Origin: Raja brachyura
Lineage: Eukaryota
Assembly: GCA_963514005.1 (NCBI GenBank)
Contig: OY740783.1
Span: 5,208,001 to 5,272,000 of the forward strand
Length of the DNA: 64,000 bases
Direction of reading: 5' to 3'
The notes beneath the pieces were generated by a model. The model saw only the letters and a list, made by a program, of their open reading frames with translations. It did no database searches and was not told where the DNA came from. The position numbers and the translations under genes were made by a program. Positions 1 through 13,577 of this stretch are shown piece by piece (position 1 is the stretch's first letter; each line of letters opens with the position of its first letter).

Positions 1-3000
1 TTTATTTTTTTAATATATTTTTATTAGAGGCAAACACATATTACGGTGAAAACATTTCATGTGCATCAATCACACATTATTAATATTATCAATTGATTCA
101 TTCTGCTTCTAATAGCTTTTTTTAAATATAGATAGAAAGTTAAAGAGAGAGAGAAAAAATCATATATGTCAAGATTTAAAAAAAGAATGGAATTATTTAC
201 TATTAATACATCATTGGAGATAGGGTCAAAGAGTATAACTTTTCATCTGATCCTGAGTCCCAGTTTCAGTTAGGTTCCCCTGCCGAACCAATCTGCCCTT
301 TCAAATAATCGATGAAAGAAGACCATATTAGAAACATAGAAACATAGAAAATAGGTGTTTCCGGAAAACAAAGCTCCCGGAGGACACGGGCATGGGGACA
401 CGGAGAACGTGCAAACTCCACGTAGACAGCACCCAAGGGCAGGATCGAACGTGGGTCTCTGGCGCTGCGTGGCAGCGGCTCTACCTGTTAGAAACATAGA
501 AACATAGAAAATAGGTGCAGGAGTAGGCCATTCGGCCCTTCGAGCCTGCACCGCCATTCAATGTGATCATGGCTGATCATCCAACTCAGTATCCCGTACC
601 TGCCTTCTCTCCATACCCCCTGATCCCTTTAGCCACAAGTGCGACATCTAACGCCCTCTTAAATATAGCCAATGAACTGGCCTCAACTACCTTCTGTGGC
701 AGAGAATTCCAGAGACTCACCACTCTCTGTGTAAAGAATGTTTTCCTCATTTCGGTCCTAAAGGAATTCCCCCTTATCCTTAGACTGTGACCCCTTGTTC
801 TGGACTCCCCCAACATCGGAAACAATCTTCCAGCATCTAGCTTGTCCAACCCCTTAAGAATTTTGTAAGTTTCTATAAGATCCCCCCTCAATCTTCTAAA
901 TTCCAGCGAGTACAAGCCGAGTCTATCCAATCTTTCCTCATATGAAAGTCCTGACATCCCAGGAATCAGTCTGGTGAATCTTCTCTGTACCCCCTCTATG
1001 GCAAGGATGTCTTTCCTCAGATTTGGAGACCAAAACTGTACGCAATACTCCAGGTGTGGCCTCACCAAAACCCTGTACAACTGCAGTAGAACCTCCCTGC
1101 TCCTATACTCAAATCCTTTCGCTGTGAATGCTAACATACCATTTGCTTTCTTCACTGCCTGCTGCACCTGCATGCCTACTTTCAATGACTGGTGTACCAT
1201 GACACCCAGGTCTCGTTGCATCTCCCCCTTTCCTAATCTGCCACCATTCAGATAATAGTCTACCCTCATGTTTTTGCCACCAAAGTGGATAACCTCACAT
1301 TTATCCACATTATACTGCATCTGCCATGCATCTGCCCATTCACTCAGCCTATCCAAATCACCCTGCAGCCTCCAAGCATCCTCCTCACACCTAACTATAC
1401 CCCCCAGCTTGGTATCATCTGCAAATTTGGAGATGTTGCATTGAATTCCCTCGTCCAAATCATTAATATATATTGTAAATTGCTGGGGTCCCAGCACTGA
1501 GCCTTGCGGCACCCCACTAGTCACTGCTTGCCATTCTGAAAACGACCCGTTTACTCCTACCCTTTGCCTCCTGTCTGCTAGCCAGTTCTCTATCCACATC
1601 AATACTGAACCCCCAATACCGTGTGTTTTAAGTTTGTATGCTAATCTCTTATGCGGGACCTTGTCGAAAGCCTTCTGAAAGTCTAGATATAACACATCCA
1701 CTGGTTCTCCCTTATCCACTCTACTAGTTACATCCTCGAAAAATTCTATCAGATTTGTCAGACATGATTTACCTTTCGTAAATCCATGCTGACTTTGTCC
1801 AATGATTTCACCACTTTCCAAATGCGCTGCTATCCCATCTTTAATAACTGACTCTAGCAGTTTCCCCACTACCGATGTTAGACTAACTGGTCTGTAATTC
1901 CCCGCTTTCTCTCTCCCTCCTTTTTTAAAAAGTGGGGTTACATTAGCTACCCTCCAATCCTCAGGAACTACTCCAGAATCTAAGGAATTTTGAAAAATTA
2001 TCACTAATGCATCCACTATTTCTGTGGCTACCTCCTTGAGTACTCTGGGATGCAGACTATCTGGCCCTGGGGATTTATCGGCCTTCAATCCGTTCAATTT
2101 ACCCAACACCACCTCCCGGCTAACCTGGATTTCACTCAGTTCCTCCATCTTATTTGACCCCCGTTCCACTGCTATTTCCGGCAGATTATTTATGTCTTCC
2201 TTAGTGAAGACAGAACCAAAGTAGTTATTCAATTGGTCTGCCATGTCCTTGTTCCCCATGATCAATTCGCCTGTTTCTGACTGCAAGGGACCAACATTTG
2301 TTTTAACTAGTCTCTTTCTCTTCACATATCTATAAAAACTTTTGCAGTCAGTTTTTATGTTCCCTGCCAGTTTCCTTTCATAATCTATTTTCCCTTTCCT
2401 AATTAAGCCCTTTGTCCTCCTCTGCTGGATTCTGAATTTCTCCCAGTCCTCCGGTATGCTGCTTTTTCTGGCAAATTTGTATGCCTCATCTTTTGTTTTC
2501 TAACAAATATTCTAACAAAAAGTTCTTGTTTGTCCATTAAGACAAATCTGATTCTTTCCAGGTGGAAGGTCTCCGACATTTCCATAATCCACATTTTAAT
2601 TGTGGGGGTTATAGGGCCTTTCCAAAATTTTAATATTAATTTCTCCCCAGTTATTATACTGTAGTCTAGGAAGTTTCTTTGGCTTGTTGTGAGTGTTAAA
2701 CTTTGTTCTGATATTCCAAGTATTATTACTTTTGAGTCAGGATCCAGTTTAGTATTAACAACTTCAGAAATTATTCTAAAAATATCAATCCAGAATTTTT
2801 TTATTTTTATACAATTTGCAAAAGTATGTGTTAAGTTAGCCTCTAGATGCTGATATTTATCGCAGATAGGAGAGATATGTGGGCAAATTCTATTTAGTTT
2901 TACTTTAGAGTAGTGTAATCTGTGTAATACTTTAAATTGTATTAAAGCATGCCTGGCATTTAATGAGCATTGATGCATATATTGTAAACTTTTGTCCCAG

Positions 3001-6000
3001 ATATATTTCGTTATGGGTTGGCTTAATTCATTTTCCCATGTATGTCTATATGATTCCGTCGATGGGACCTCGGTCTCTAAAAGGATATTATAAATATACA
3101 TTAATTTTTCTGTATTAGGATGTTTATTCAAACATTCATCAAGGATTTCTGGTTCCCTACTCCTATAATCTTGTGTATTGGATTTAACATAATCTCTAAA
3201 TTGTAGATATCTAAAAAAAATATTTGAGTGTAGTCCATAAATCTGTTGTAACTCCTGAAATAACATAAAAGTGCCTTTCTTATAAAGATGTCCCATCTTT
3301 TTAATTCCATAATTTTTCCATTGTGTGAAACCTTTATCCAGCATGGAAGATTTGAATAAGGGATTGTTTACAATGGGGAGACAGAGTGGTATATTATCCA
3401 ATTTTAAAGCCTTTTTTAATTGTTTCCAGATTTGTATACCACCATGTATTATAGGGTTTTCCCTAGAGGTTTTTTTGTGCAATTTTAACCAGTCAGGTTG
3501 CTGGTCCATTTCTTCCAGCCAGAAATTCATGTTTTGAACATGGACTGCCCAAAAATAAAACAGAACATTTGGTGACGCTGAACCTCCATTTATCTTTGAT
3601 TTACATAAATGTTTTTTGCTTATTCTATGATTCTAATGATCACAAATGAAAGTTGTAACAGTGGAGTCGACTTTTAAAAAAAAGATTTGGGGCTATATAT
3701 CGGGATTGACTGAAATAAGTACAGTAATTGCAGCAAAAAGATCATTTTTATAGCATTAATTCTACCAAACATTGAGATGGGGAGTGTTTTCCAATACTGA
3801 ATATTCATCTTTAGTATATTCAGTAAAGGTGGGAAGTTTGATTTAAATAAAGAAGTGTACGTCTTAGTTACATAAATACCTAAATATTTAAATTTTCCCT
3901 CAACTATTTTAAAAGGGGATTGTTGGAGTGTATGTAAATTGAGTTCCGTTATTGGCATGATTTCGCTTTTATTCCAATGAATCCTATATCCTGAAAACTG
4001 ACCAAACTACTACAATATTTGCCGTCAATATCTTCTATAGTTGATATATGTTTAAAAGGTATACCTTTACGGATTAATATTGCAACCCCTCTAGATTTAT
4101 GTGTGAATTAAGAGTGATACCTTTGAGCAATCCATTTTGCTTTCAATCTGTGTTGTGCTTTTTAAGATGAGTTTCCTGGAGAAATATATCTGTTTTAAGC
4201 AATTTTAAATGAGCTAATACTTTACCTCTCTTGATGGGTTCATTAATTCCCTTAACATTCCGAATACAGAATGTAATTCCTTCACCCCCAGTTTTCACAT
4301 TTACATCTTGCATCTTATGATTAAGGTGGTCTATGATTAAGCAGATGGTTCAGCACATTAAACCCTACCTTACACCCGAACTTCAGATAGATTAATTTTA
4401 GATCTCGTAGATTTTCTTCTCGGGCATATCTCCTTAAATAAAACATAATTCAATTCAAAATAAAAATTATAATATAATATAAAATAGAAAAAGTAAGAGA
4501 GTGTTATATTAGTAAAGTGTAAAAGAAAGAAAAAAACTGCATCTATAGTTAGTGCAGTTAGTGAGAGCCACCCTAATGTGGCTAGACTTATTTTGGTAAA
4601 ATAAATAAATATTACTAGCTCCGTACTTTCCTTAAAAGAAAAGCTTCAATTTCAATAAAAAACATTACATGGGGGATGGAAAACAATGGTTATATTCCAC
4701 TAGTGGAATAATTATTAGTCTCAAAGTAAAATATTAGTCTCGTATAGCAAAAATATTAGTCAACGATTAGTCAAAAGTATCAAGGAGTAAACCTCAACAT
4801 TTTTATTAATAAATTGCCTGAATCACACATTACTTACAATTCATCCTTTTAGCTAATTCTAATTTGATCCAGTTAACAATTAATAATAATTAGTAATCAT
4901 GATTAGTAGTAATTAGTAATAATTAGTACTAAAATATAAAATATTATATAACAATAACAAGATAACTACTCAATTCTCATTCTAAATTCTAGACAGTCCT
5001 TAAGTATAGCAATTTAAAGTTCAATTTCTTTTCTGTGGGGTAACAATATCCGGTATCGTCAGGTGTATATTGAGTGTTGAATGTTATTCAATCCTCAGTC
5101 TCACTCTCAATGTTCTCAGTGTTCTTGATGTTCTCGATGTTCTTTGCAAATTCAAGGGCCTGTGTGTGCTTGGAGAAAAAATATTCCTTCTTATCGTAGA
5201 TGATTCTCAATGTTGCGGGGTACATCAGTCCATATCTCAGGTTTTTTATGTTCTTAAGTATTCTTCTTGTGTCTGTAAACAATGCTCTTTTCTTGGAGAC
5301 CTCCGCAGGGTAATCTCGAAATATACCGATCTTATCTCCTCCAAATTCGAGATTTCTGCTGCGAACGATTTTCTTCATCATACCATCCAAAACATGATCA
5401 TATTGCACCTTCACTATCTGTTGTCTTGTGGGGGCATCCGCCCTTGGGCGGCGTCTCATTGCTGTACGTACCCAAGCAAGTAAAGGTGCTTGATCCGATT
5501 TAAAACTTTCTTCAATAGATCTGCAGCAAATTCACGGGGGTCACGGTTCCCCTCTCTGCCTTCCCAAACGCCCATAATTCTTAGATTCGAGCGTCTCTGA
5601 CGTCCCTCCAAGTTAATACATTTTCCAGTTATTTTATGCAATGTCTGATAAATGCTTGTTCTAGGAGAGAAGCTTTCTTGTAGTTTTAGAGCTGTTTCAG
5701 CAATTTCCTCTAATTCAATTACAGTTTTATGTTGTTGCTCTAGTGCCTGGGAAATGGGGTCCCACTTTGAATTAAATGTGGATTCCATCAAATTCAATTT
5801 AACATTTACCTCTTCAATCTTTTGATTAAGATGTTCTTCCATGTTGAACTTCCAGGCATCCAGTACTTCATGTACAGAGGCTATGACATCTTCTTGAATT
5901 TCTTCTTCAATTTCTTTTTTTTTACAAATTCAATTCTTCCTTGAAGTTCTGTTTAAGTTTTTTCAATTCTTCCATTATATTTGAGATTTCTTGTGCGAGG

Positions 6001-6314
6001 AAACTTCTTAATTCTTCCACATCTGTTTTCTTCTTCTTTGAGATCTCTTCTTGGGACGATGTTAAACCTGAGCCCAAGGCTTCAGTCGGGCCTACTTCTT
6101 ACCGGGTTTTCTCGACTTGGTGTGTGTGTATGTTGAGTAGACATACCGCCGGTGTCGTCGCGCGCTTGATGACGTCTCACGCTTACTGCAAGCAACCGGT
6201 ACCGTTGTACTGCAAGTAAGTCCCGATTTCCCCCCCCCCCCCCCTTTTTAATCAATTTTTTGCGGAGCTAAACGGCGCGAGTCTGCCTTGCTCCATAGCA
6301 CCGACAGAAGTCCG
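1..6314 (-). mobile_element. Degenerate L1-clade LINE (ORF1 about 5088-6130, internally deleted ORF2 about 2510-4320, 3' end 1-329) interrupted by a CR1
   Basis: ORF1 motifs LEGRQRRSNLRI and IFRDYPAEVSKKR, RT-end motifs FKYLGI and GRINAIKM, C-terminal HALIQFKVLHR. ORF2 resumes as IWSSFIDYLK beyond the CR1. A-rich tail at the window start. Confidence 0.85.
330..2506 (-). mobile_element. 5'-truncated CR1 LINE (RT ORF 586-2325) with (TTTCTATG)n tail, inserted in L1 with ATATT duplication. A SINE fragment lies at about 358-487.
   Basis: RT motifs [32 protein letters not shown] at 325-329 and 2507-2511. Confidence 0.92.
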
Positions 6315-6484
6315 TGAGCTAGTTGTTAACCACTCGTGTGAAATGGTTAATGTTAACTACCCTAATCAAAGCTTGTTTATTATGAATTCTTATGAAGGAC
6401 TTTCAGGTGAAAGGAATGTGTGGAGTGGCCATTCATTGAGCTTTGGACTGGACAGACTGTTGTAGATACTTGGATGCTCTTGCT

Positions 6485-8145
6485 CAAAATGCTGGAGTAA
6501 CTCAGCGGGTCAGGCAGCATCTGTGGAGAACATGGATAGGTGATGTTTCACAGAGTGCTGAAGTAACTCAGTGGGTCACGTTTGATGCCAATCGGGAAGA
6601 GTACAACATTGGGCAGCTCAGTCGGGGAGTTCACGGTTTGTGTGAAGTGTTGGCTTTGATATAGCTGGGATGTTACTGTGCCAGTTTGATTATGAAAATA
6701 GTCAATGTATTCTTCCACCTTGTAGGATTCACTACTGCAGACTCATTTGAATTTCACTGTAACTTAATTGGTACATGTGACGATAACACTTGGCCCAATG
6801 TTTCAAGGTCAGTTTATTTTTCCAGGCCCTGTCCATCCAATGTTTGATACTTTGAGGTGAATGTAGAATCTACCTGCTGCTGTCTCTCCATCTACAATTA
6901 CTCTACTTGTTTCTGGTTGATGCGCCAAGGTCTTTGGATATCTTCTAATGTCCTCAGTTTCCTATGGTTTGTGATAGATGTGCTTTGTCAACTTGCTGTT
7001 CCAAGTACTGCTTGTGATAGAGGGTGTGATCAAGGATGTCAGGAGATTTCAATCATTAAAGTGATCTGTTTTTTGTTATAACCATGTCTACCTAATCTAG
7101 TCTTTGTGGAGATGGTATGAAGAGAAGGCCCTTGTTTAGATCCTCTCGTGGTTTCAATGGGGATAAATCTTTGAGAAAGATTAACAATGTCTTTTCCCAA
7201 TTGCTTTGTGGTCACATTCCTTGTATTTCAGGGTGCTGGAATGCTGAGCAGAAATGCTGGAGGAACCGAGGGTCAGGCAGCATCTGTGGGGGAAATAGAC
7301 AGATTGGGTTAGAAACCTTCAGACTGAAGGGGGAGAAAGATGGAAAGTGGGGGTGGGACAAAGCCTGGCATGTGAGGGTGGGTGGTTGGCAGATGAATGG
7401 AATAAGTGACGAAGGCCAGATGTGACAGTGATAAAACATGAAGGATAAGGGGGAAAACATGAAGGATAAGATCTCGGAGAAAACCCACTTGGTCACCGGG
7501 AGAACGTACAAACTCCGTACAAAACCAGTGTCTCTGGCACTAAGGCAACAACTCAACCACTGTGCTGCCCTTCAACAAAGCTGGCATGTTGCTGTGGCAG
7601 TGAATTACAGTAGTCAATGTATTCTGCTACCCTGTAGGGTTCACTACAATCCTTTCAATGGCTGATCCTGTTTCTCATGACCTCCAATTACATTTGGAAT
7701 CTGTTCCTCTCTAGGTGTGAAGGAGGATGTCATCAGACTTCAAATCACTAACGTGACATTGGTTTGTTTTGTATGTAACTTAGTCTATCTGAAAATAAAA
7801 AGTTAAATTAATCTTCAACAGTTATTAAGGGCCTGGAAAAATAACCCTAGGCCCAATGTTTCAAGGTCAGTTTATTGTCACATGTACTGTCTGCAGTAGT
7901 GAATCCTACAGGGCAGAAGAATACATTGCCTATTTTCATAATCAAACTGGCACAGCAACATCCCAGCTCTATCAAAGACAATACTTCACACAAACAGTGA
8001 ACTCCCCGACTGAGCTGCCCAATGTTGTACTCTTCACGTTTGGCATCAAACGTGACCCACTGAGTTACTCCAGCACTCTGTGAAACGTCACCTGTCCATG
8101 TTCTCCAGAGATGCTGCCTGACCCGCTGAGTTCCTCCAGCACTTT
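6485..8145. repeat. Inverted repeat with arms of about 330 bp (about 6485-6830 and 7830-8145)
   Basis: The same sequence occurs on opposite strands (both translate to ...EEYNIGQLSRGVH.LCEVL.LI). Confidence 0.85.
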
Positions 8146-8361
8146 GTGTCTTTTTTTGTAACCCAGCACCTGCAACTCCTTGATTTTCATCCCAAATCTT
8201 TCCTAGTTTCAGGGCTTTTACTAAGTTTGGCATCTGGGCAATGGGTACAGGGAAAGGAAAAGGGTCCCAGAGCAATAAAGCACCATTTTGCAGTAAAGAG
8301 AACAATATCTAATTTGGAGACAGCGCTCCAAATGTGCAGTGAAATCACATAACAGGTCGCT

Positions 8362-8556
8362 CCAATTTGTGGTCAACACTCCCACCGTGTGGTAATCCAC
8401 CACACTGCAGGCCCGTCCAATTTGTGGTCAACACTCCCACCATGTGGTGATCCACCACACTGCAGGCCCGTCCAATATGTGGTCAACACTCCCACCGTGT
8501 GGTAATCCACTGCACTGCAGGCCGGTCCAATTTGTGGTCAACACTCCCACAGTGTG
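8362..8556 (+). repeat. Minisatellite, unit of about 55 bp, about 3.5 copies
   Basis: CCAATTTGTGGTCAACACTCCCACC...CACTGCAGGCCCGT repeated. Confidence 0.9.
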
Positions 8557-8769
8557 GTTTAAGAAAGAACTGCAGATTCTGGACAAATCAAAGGGAGACA
8601 AAAATGCTGGAGTAACTCAGCGGGTGAGGAAGCATCTATGGTCACCTATGAAGGAATCGGTGACTGTTCAGGTCGAGACCCTTCTTCAGACTGAAGTTGG
8701 GGTGGGCGGGAAAAAGACAAGAAGAGGCAGAGACTGTAGGCTGTGGGAGAGCAGGGAAGGAGGGAGAAA

Positions 8770-8960
8770 CCACTGATATTGGAGAATGGGAAGATGAGGC
8801 CAGTGGTGGGATCCCATTGGAGGTGGCAAAAATGTTGGAGGATTATCTGTTGTATGTGACGGCTGGTAAGGTGGATGGGGAGGACATGGGGGACTCTGTC
8901 CTTGTTACGAGTAGGGGGGTGGGGAGTAAGACCAGAGCTGTGGGATATAGAGGAGACCAT
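8770..8960 (-). mobile_element. Penelope-like element fragment
   Basis: Peptide RVPHVLPIHLTSRHIQQIILQHFCHLQWDPTT resembles the PLE RT-to-GIY-YIG linker. Confidence 0.55.
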
Positions 8961-9162
8961 GATAAGAATGCTGGAGTAACACAGCAGGTCAGGCACCACC
9001 TCAGGAGGAAAAGGATGGGTGATATTTTGGGTAAGAACCCTTCTTCCGTTCCATCCCTAAATCTCTTGTTTCTCCAGAGATGCTGCCTGACCCATTCAGT
9101 TACTCCAGTAATGTGTCCATCTTTGGTATAAACCAGCATCTACAGGTCTGTTTCGACATTTT

Positions 9163-11485
9163 AGTCAAAGTCAAGTCAAAAGAGTCAAAAGAGTTTATTG
9201 TCATGTGCCCCTGACAGGACAATGAAAATCTTTCTTTGCATAGCACAACAGAACATAGAAGGCATTGACTACAATTCTATACATAAATACACCCATGACT
9301 TAATAAATTAATAAAGTGCAAATAACAGATGGAGGGATATTAATGTTCAGAGTTCCGAGCCAGGTTTAATAGCCTGATGGCTGTGGGGAAGTAGCTATTC
9401 TTAAACCGGGTTGTTGCAGTCTTCAGGCTCCTGTACCTTCTACCCGAAGGTAGCAGGGAGATGAGTGTGTGGCTAGGGTGGTGTGGGTCCTTGATGATGC
9501 TGCCAGCCTTTTTGAGGCAGCGACTGTGATAAATCCCCTCGATGGAAGGAAGGTCAGAGCCGATGATGGACTGGGCAGTGTTTACTACTTTTTGGAGTCT
9601 TTTCCTCTCCAGGGCGCTCAAGTTGCCGAACCAAGCCACGATGCAACCAGTCAGCAAGCTCTCTACTGTACACCTGTAGAAGTTAGAGAGAGTCCTCCTT
9701 GACAGACCAACTCTCCGTAATCTTCTCAGGAAGTAGAGGCGCTGATGAGCTTTCTTAATAATTGCATCTGTGTTCTCGGACCAGGAAAGATCTTCACAGA
9801 TGTGCATGCCCAGGAATTTGAAGCTCTTGACCCTTTCAACCATCGACCCGTTGATATAAACAGGACTGTGGGTCCCCATCCTACTCCTTCCAAAGTCCAC
9901 AATCAGTTCCTTGGTTTTGCTGGTGTTGGGGGCCAGGTTATTGTGCTGGCACCATATGGACAGTCGCTCGATCTCTCTTCTGTACTCTGACTCAGCCCCA
10001 TCAGTGATACGTCCCACAATAGTGGTGTCATCAGCGAACTTGATGATGGAGTTCGCGCTATGACCGGCTATGCAGTCATGAGTATAGAGTGAGTACAGCA
10101 GGGGGCTGAGCACGCAGCCCTGAGGTGCTCCCGTGCTGATTGTTATCGAGTCTGACACATTTCCACCAATATGAACAGACTGTGGTCTGTGGGTGAGGAA
10201 GTCGAGGAACCAATTGCAGAGGGATGCGCAAAGACGCAGTTCTGCGAGTTTGGTAACCAGCTTGGAGGGGATGATTGTGTTAAATGCCGAGCTGTAGTCA
10301 ATAAATAGCAGCCTGACATATGAGTTTTTGTTGTCCAAGTGGTCCAGAGCGGAGTGGAAGGCCAGTGAGATCGCGTCCACCGTTGATCTGTTGTGGCGGT
10401 AAGCGAACTGCAGTGGGTCCAGGTTTCTGTTGAGGTAGGAGTTGATTTTCGCCATGATCAACCTCTCGAAGCACTTCATCACCACAGGCGTTAGTGCCAC
10501 AGGTCGATAGTCATTGAGGCGCGTCACCTTGCTCTTCTTGGGCACCGGTATTATTGATGCCCTTTTGAAGCAGGTGGGAACCTCAGCCCTCAGAAGTGAC
10601 AGGTTGAAAATGTCCGTAAAAACTCCAGCCAGTTGGTCCGCACAGGTTTTTAGGACACGACCAGGTATGCCATCAGGTCCAGACGCTTTTCGAGGGTTCA
10701 CCCCCCTGAAGGATTTCCTGACGTCGGCCTCTGTGACTGAAATACCATCACAGCGAATAGGGGCTCGGAAAGGCACATCGGTGTTCTCCCTATCAAAGCG
10801 TGCGTAGAATGCATTGAGCTCATCAGGGAGTGATGTATCGCCGACATCCGAGCTGCTTCCTGGTTTCACCTTGTAGGAGGTGATTGCATTCAGTCCCCGC
10901 CACAGCTGCCGAACATCTGTCTCATCCTCCAGCTTGGAGCAGAGCTCCCTTTTGGCCTTTTTGATGGCCTTACCAAGGTCGTATCTGGACTTCTTATAGA
11001 TCACTGTGTCATCAGACATGAATGCCCGGTGTCTGGCCTTCAGAAGAGTGCGGATCTCACAGTTCATCCAAGGTTTCTGATTGGGAAACACTCGGAAGGT
11101 TTTTGTAGGAATGCAGTCCTCCACACATTTCTTTATGAAGTCTGTAACGACTGTGGCGTATTCATTCAAGTCTGTTGCCGAGTCCTTGAACAGCCCAGTC
11201 TACAGACTCCAAACAGTCTTGTAGTTGTTCTTCTGCCCCCGCCGACCAGCTCTGTACTGTCCTCACCTCTGGGGGTGCGCTCTTTAATTGCTGCCTGTAG
11301 GCAGGAAGAAGCAGCACCGCGGTATGGTCGGATTTACCGAAGTGAGGGCGAGGGATAGAGCGGTAGGCATCCTTGATGGTGGTGTAACAGTGGTCGAGGG
11401 TGTTTGGTCCTCTGGTGCAGCAGGAGACATGTTGGTGGAAGTTGGGGAGTGACTTCTTTAGGTTTGCCTTATTGAAGTTCCCCGA
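9163..11485 (-). mobile_element. Rex1/Babar-type LINE, 5' truncated (RT ORF 9340-11169 open)
   Basis: Motifs [40 protein letters not shown] and RLYFLRRL, with a (TTGAC)n-type tail at about 9163-9195. Confidence 0.92.
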
Positions 11486-11857
11486 TTACATCAGCCCGAT
11501 TCAATTTCAGTTGTGATAAGGTTCGGGTATCATCACTTTAGTAAAGATACATCCTTTTATTCTGACACTGTGCCCTCTGGTCCGAGACTCCCCTGCTAGC
11601 AGAAACACCCTTTTAGTTCAGAGATACAGCACAGAAGCAGCCCAATTCCAGTTGCACCAGAAAAAATAATCATTGAAAACCCTGGACATTTCAAATGACA
11701 CAATTGAAAGGAAAAATCAGCAGAATTAATCAAAGAAGCAAACACAATTCAGGAGAGAGCGATAGTGTTCTCACCAACCTCATGCCCTGGAGATGCAGAT
11801 CTACATCAGACACAAGGGGAGGTTCCCTGCCTCTACCCTGAGCACTGTTCCCAACAA

Positions 11858-12030
11858 CAGCCCAGGACCACTGCTTCCATCCTCAGCCCAGGACCACTGC
11901 TCCCATCCACAGCCCAGGACCACGGCTCCCACCCGCAGCCCAGGACCACTGCTCCCATCCACAGCCCAGGACCACTGCTCCCATCCTCAGCCCAGGACCA
12001 CTGCTCCCATCCGCAGCCTGGGACCACTGC
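11858..12030 (+). repeat. Minisatellite, 26-bp unit, about 6.5 copies
   Basis: CAGCCCAGGACCACTGCTCCCATCCN repeated. Confidence 0.9.
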
Positions 12031-12519
12031 ACTCGGACACTCCATCAACTCCCCCCTTTTATACACAGGAGCTGACAATTTCCTAATCAGCTGCAATCAA
12101 GCCAATTACCACATTAACCCTTCGCCCACCAGTGCCCAATCAGTGTTTGTTGCACACATCATGATATCCACCTGGGGCAGTAGTTGTCCGTGGGACAATA
12201 ATTGCCCTCTGTTGACTCATTGCTCTTTGCACAAAGTGGCTGCTCGCATTTCCTTAAGTCAGAGACGACACACAGGTGGCGTATCGACAGAGCGGCCATT
12301 CGGTTCGTTGGTGTTTATGCGCCCCATCCTTTCGGTTCGTTGGCGTTTTGTCTTCGGACGTTCGGTTTATTGGCGTTTCGGCCTCGTTTCCATTCGATTC
12401 TTTGCTTCGGCCTCTTGTCCGTCGGCGCCACGTCCGGGTATCCTTCCTCGCATTCCAACATGAAACGGTTCCCCGCCCCTGCGCTAGAGGCAGGAAACGA
12501 TGTTTGGGGAGTCCAGCAC

Positions 12520-12790
12520 CAGTCACCCTCAGGTTCCTATTAAATCTTCCACCCCCCACCTTAAACCTATGTCCCCTGGTCCTCGATTCCCCTACTCTGG
12601 GCAAGAGACTCTGTGCATCTACCCGATCTATTCCTCTGGTGATTTTATACACCTCTATAAGATCACCCCTCATCCACCTGCACTCCAAGGAATAGAGTCC
12701 CAGCCTGCTCAACCTCGCCCTGTAGCTCATGCCCGTCGAGTACCGGCAACATCCTCGTAAATCGTCTCCGCACCCTTTCCAAACTCAACA
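12520..12790 (-). mobile_element. CR1 3' fragment
   Basis: Encodes LGLYSLECRWMRGDLIEVYK...RTRGH. Confidence 0.8.
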
Positions 12791-13577
12791 TCTTTTTTCC
12801 CAACCCATTTATCCCCCTCTCTCTCCCTCTCTCTGCCCCTCTCTCTCATTCCTCTCTCTGCCCTCTCCCACCCTCTCTCTCTCTCCTCGTCTCTATCTCT
12901 CTCTGCTTCTCTCTCCCCCTCTCTCTATCTCTCCGTTTATCTCTCTTCCCCCTCCCTCTCTCTCTCCCCCCCCTATCTCTCCCCCTCCCTCTCTCTCCCG
13001 CCCTTCCTTTCCCCCCCTCTCTCTCCCCCCTCTCTCTCCCCCCCTCTTTGCCCCCTCCCTCTCTCTCCCCCCCCTCCCTTTCCCCCCTCTCTCTCTACCT
13101 CAGATGCAGTTGATCGTGAATCTTCGGGACGAGTTGGAGCAACTGAAGGTGACGGTTGGTGAACAGGGGGAGAGAATTGCCCTGCTGGAGGGGGGGGGGG
13201 GGGGCAGTGAACCCCCCCTAAGGACCCCTCCCCCGGTAAAACACAACCAGCCCCCCCCCCTTAAATGGGGGGGGGGGGGTGAAGGAGGGGGGGGGAGATG
13301 GAGAGGAGGGTGTGAGAGAGTGAGAGAGAGAAGGTGAAGAGGGAAAGAGGGAGAGAGAGAGAGAGAGGAGAGAGAGAGGGGGGGAGATAGGGTGAGTGTA
13401 ACAGAGGAGGGCGTTCCCTCCCTTCCAGCCCCCTGTGGGGGTGGGTGATGTGACCCTGGTGTGTGGGGACAACAGCTTCAATAAACAATCAGCCACTGCC
13501 CGTCAGTGTTCGTCTCTTGCGTGAGCATGTGTGTGGCGTGAGTGTGTGTGGCGTGTCGTGTGTCATGTGCGTGCGCC

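Noticed and set aside
8362-12030. 55-bp and 26-bp repeat arrays as CRISPR-like arrays
   Set aside because: Head-to-tail units with no unique spacers, in a vertebrate context. These are minisatellites.
12290-12442. Iterated TTCGG motifs
   Set aside because: Probably the subterminal repeats of a DNA-transposon end. No partner terminus was found, so no call is supported.
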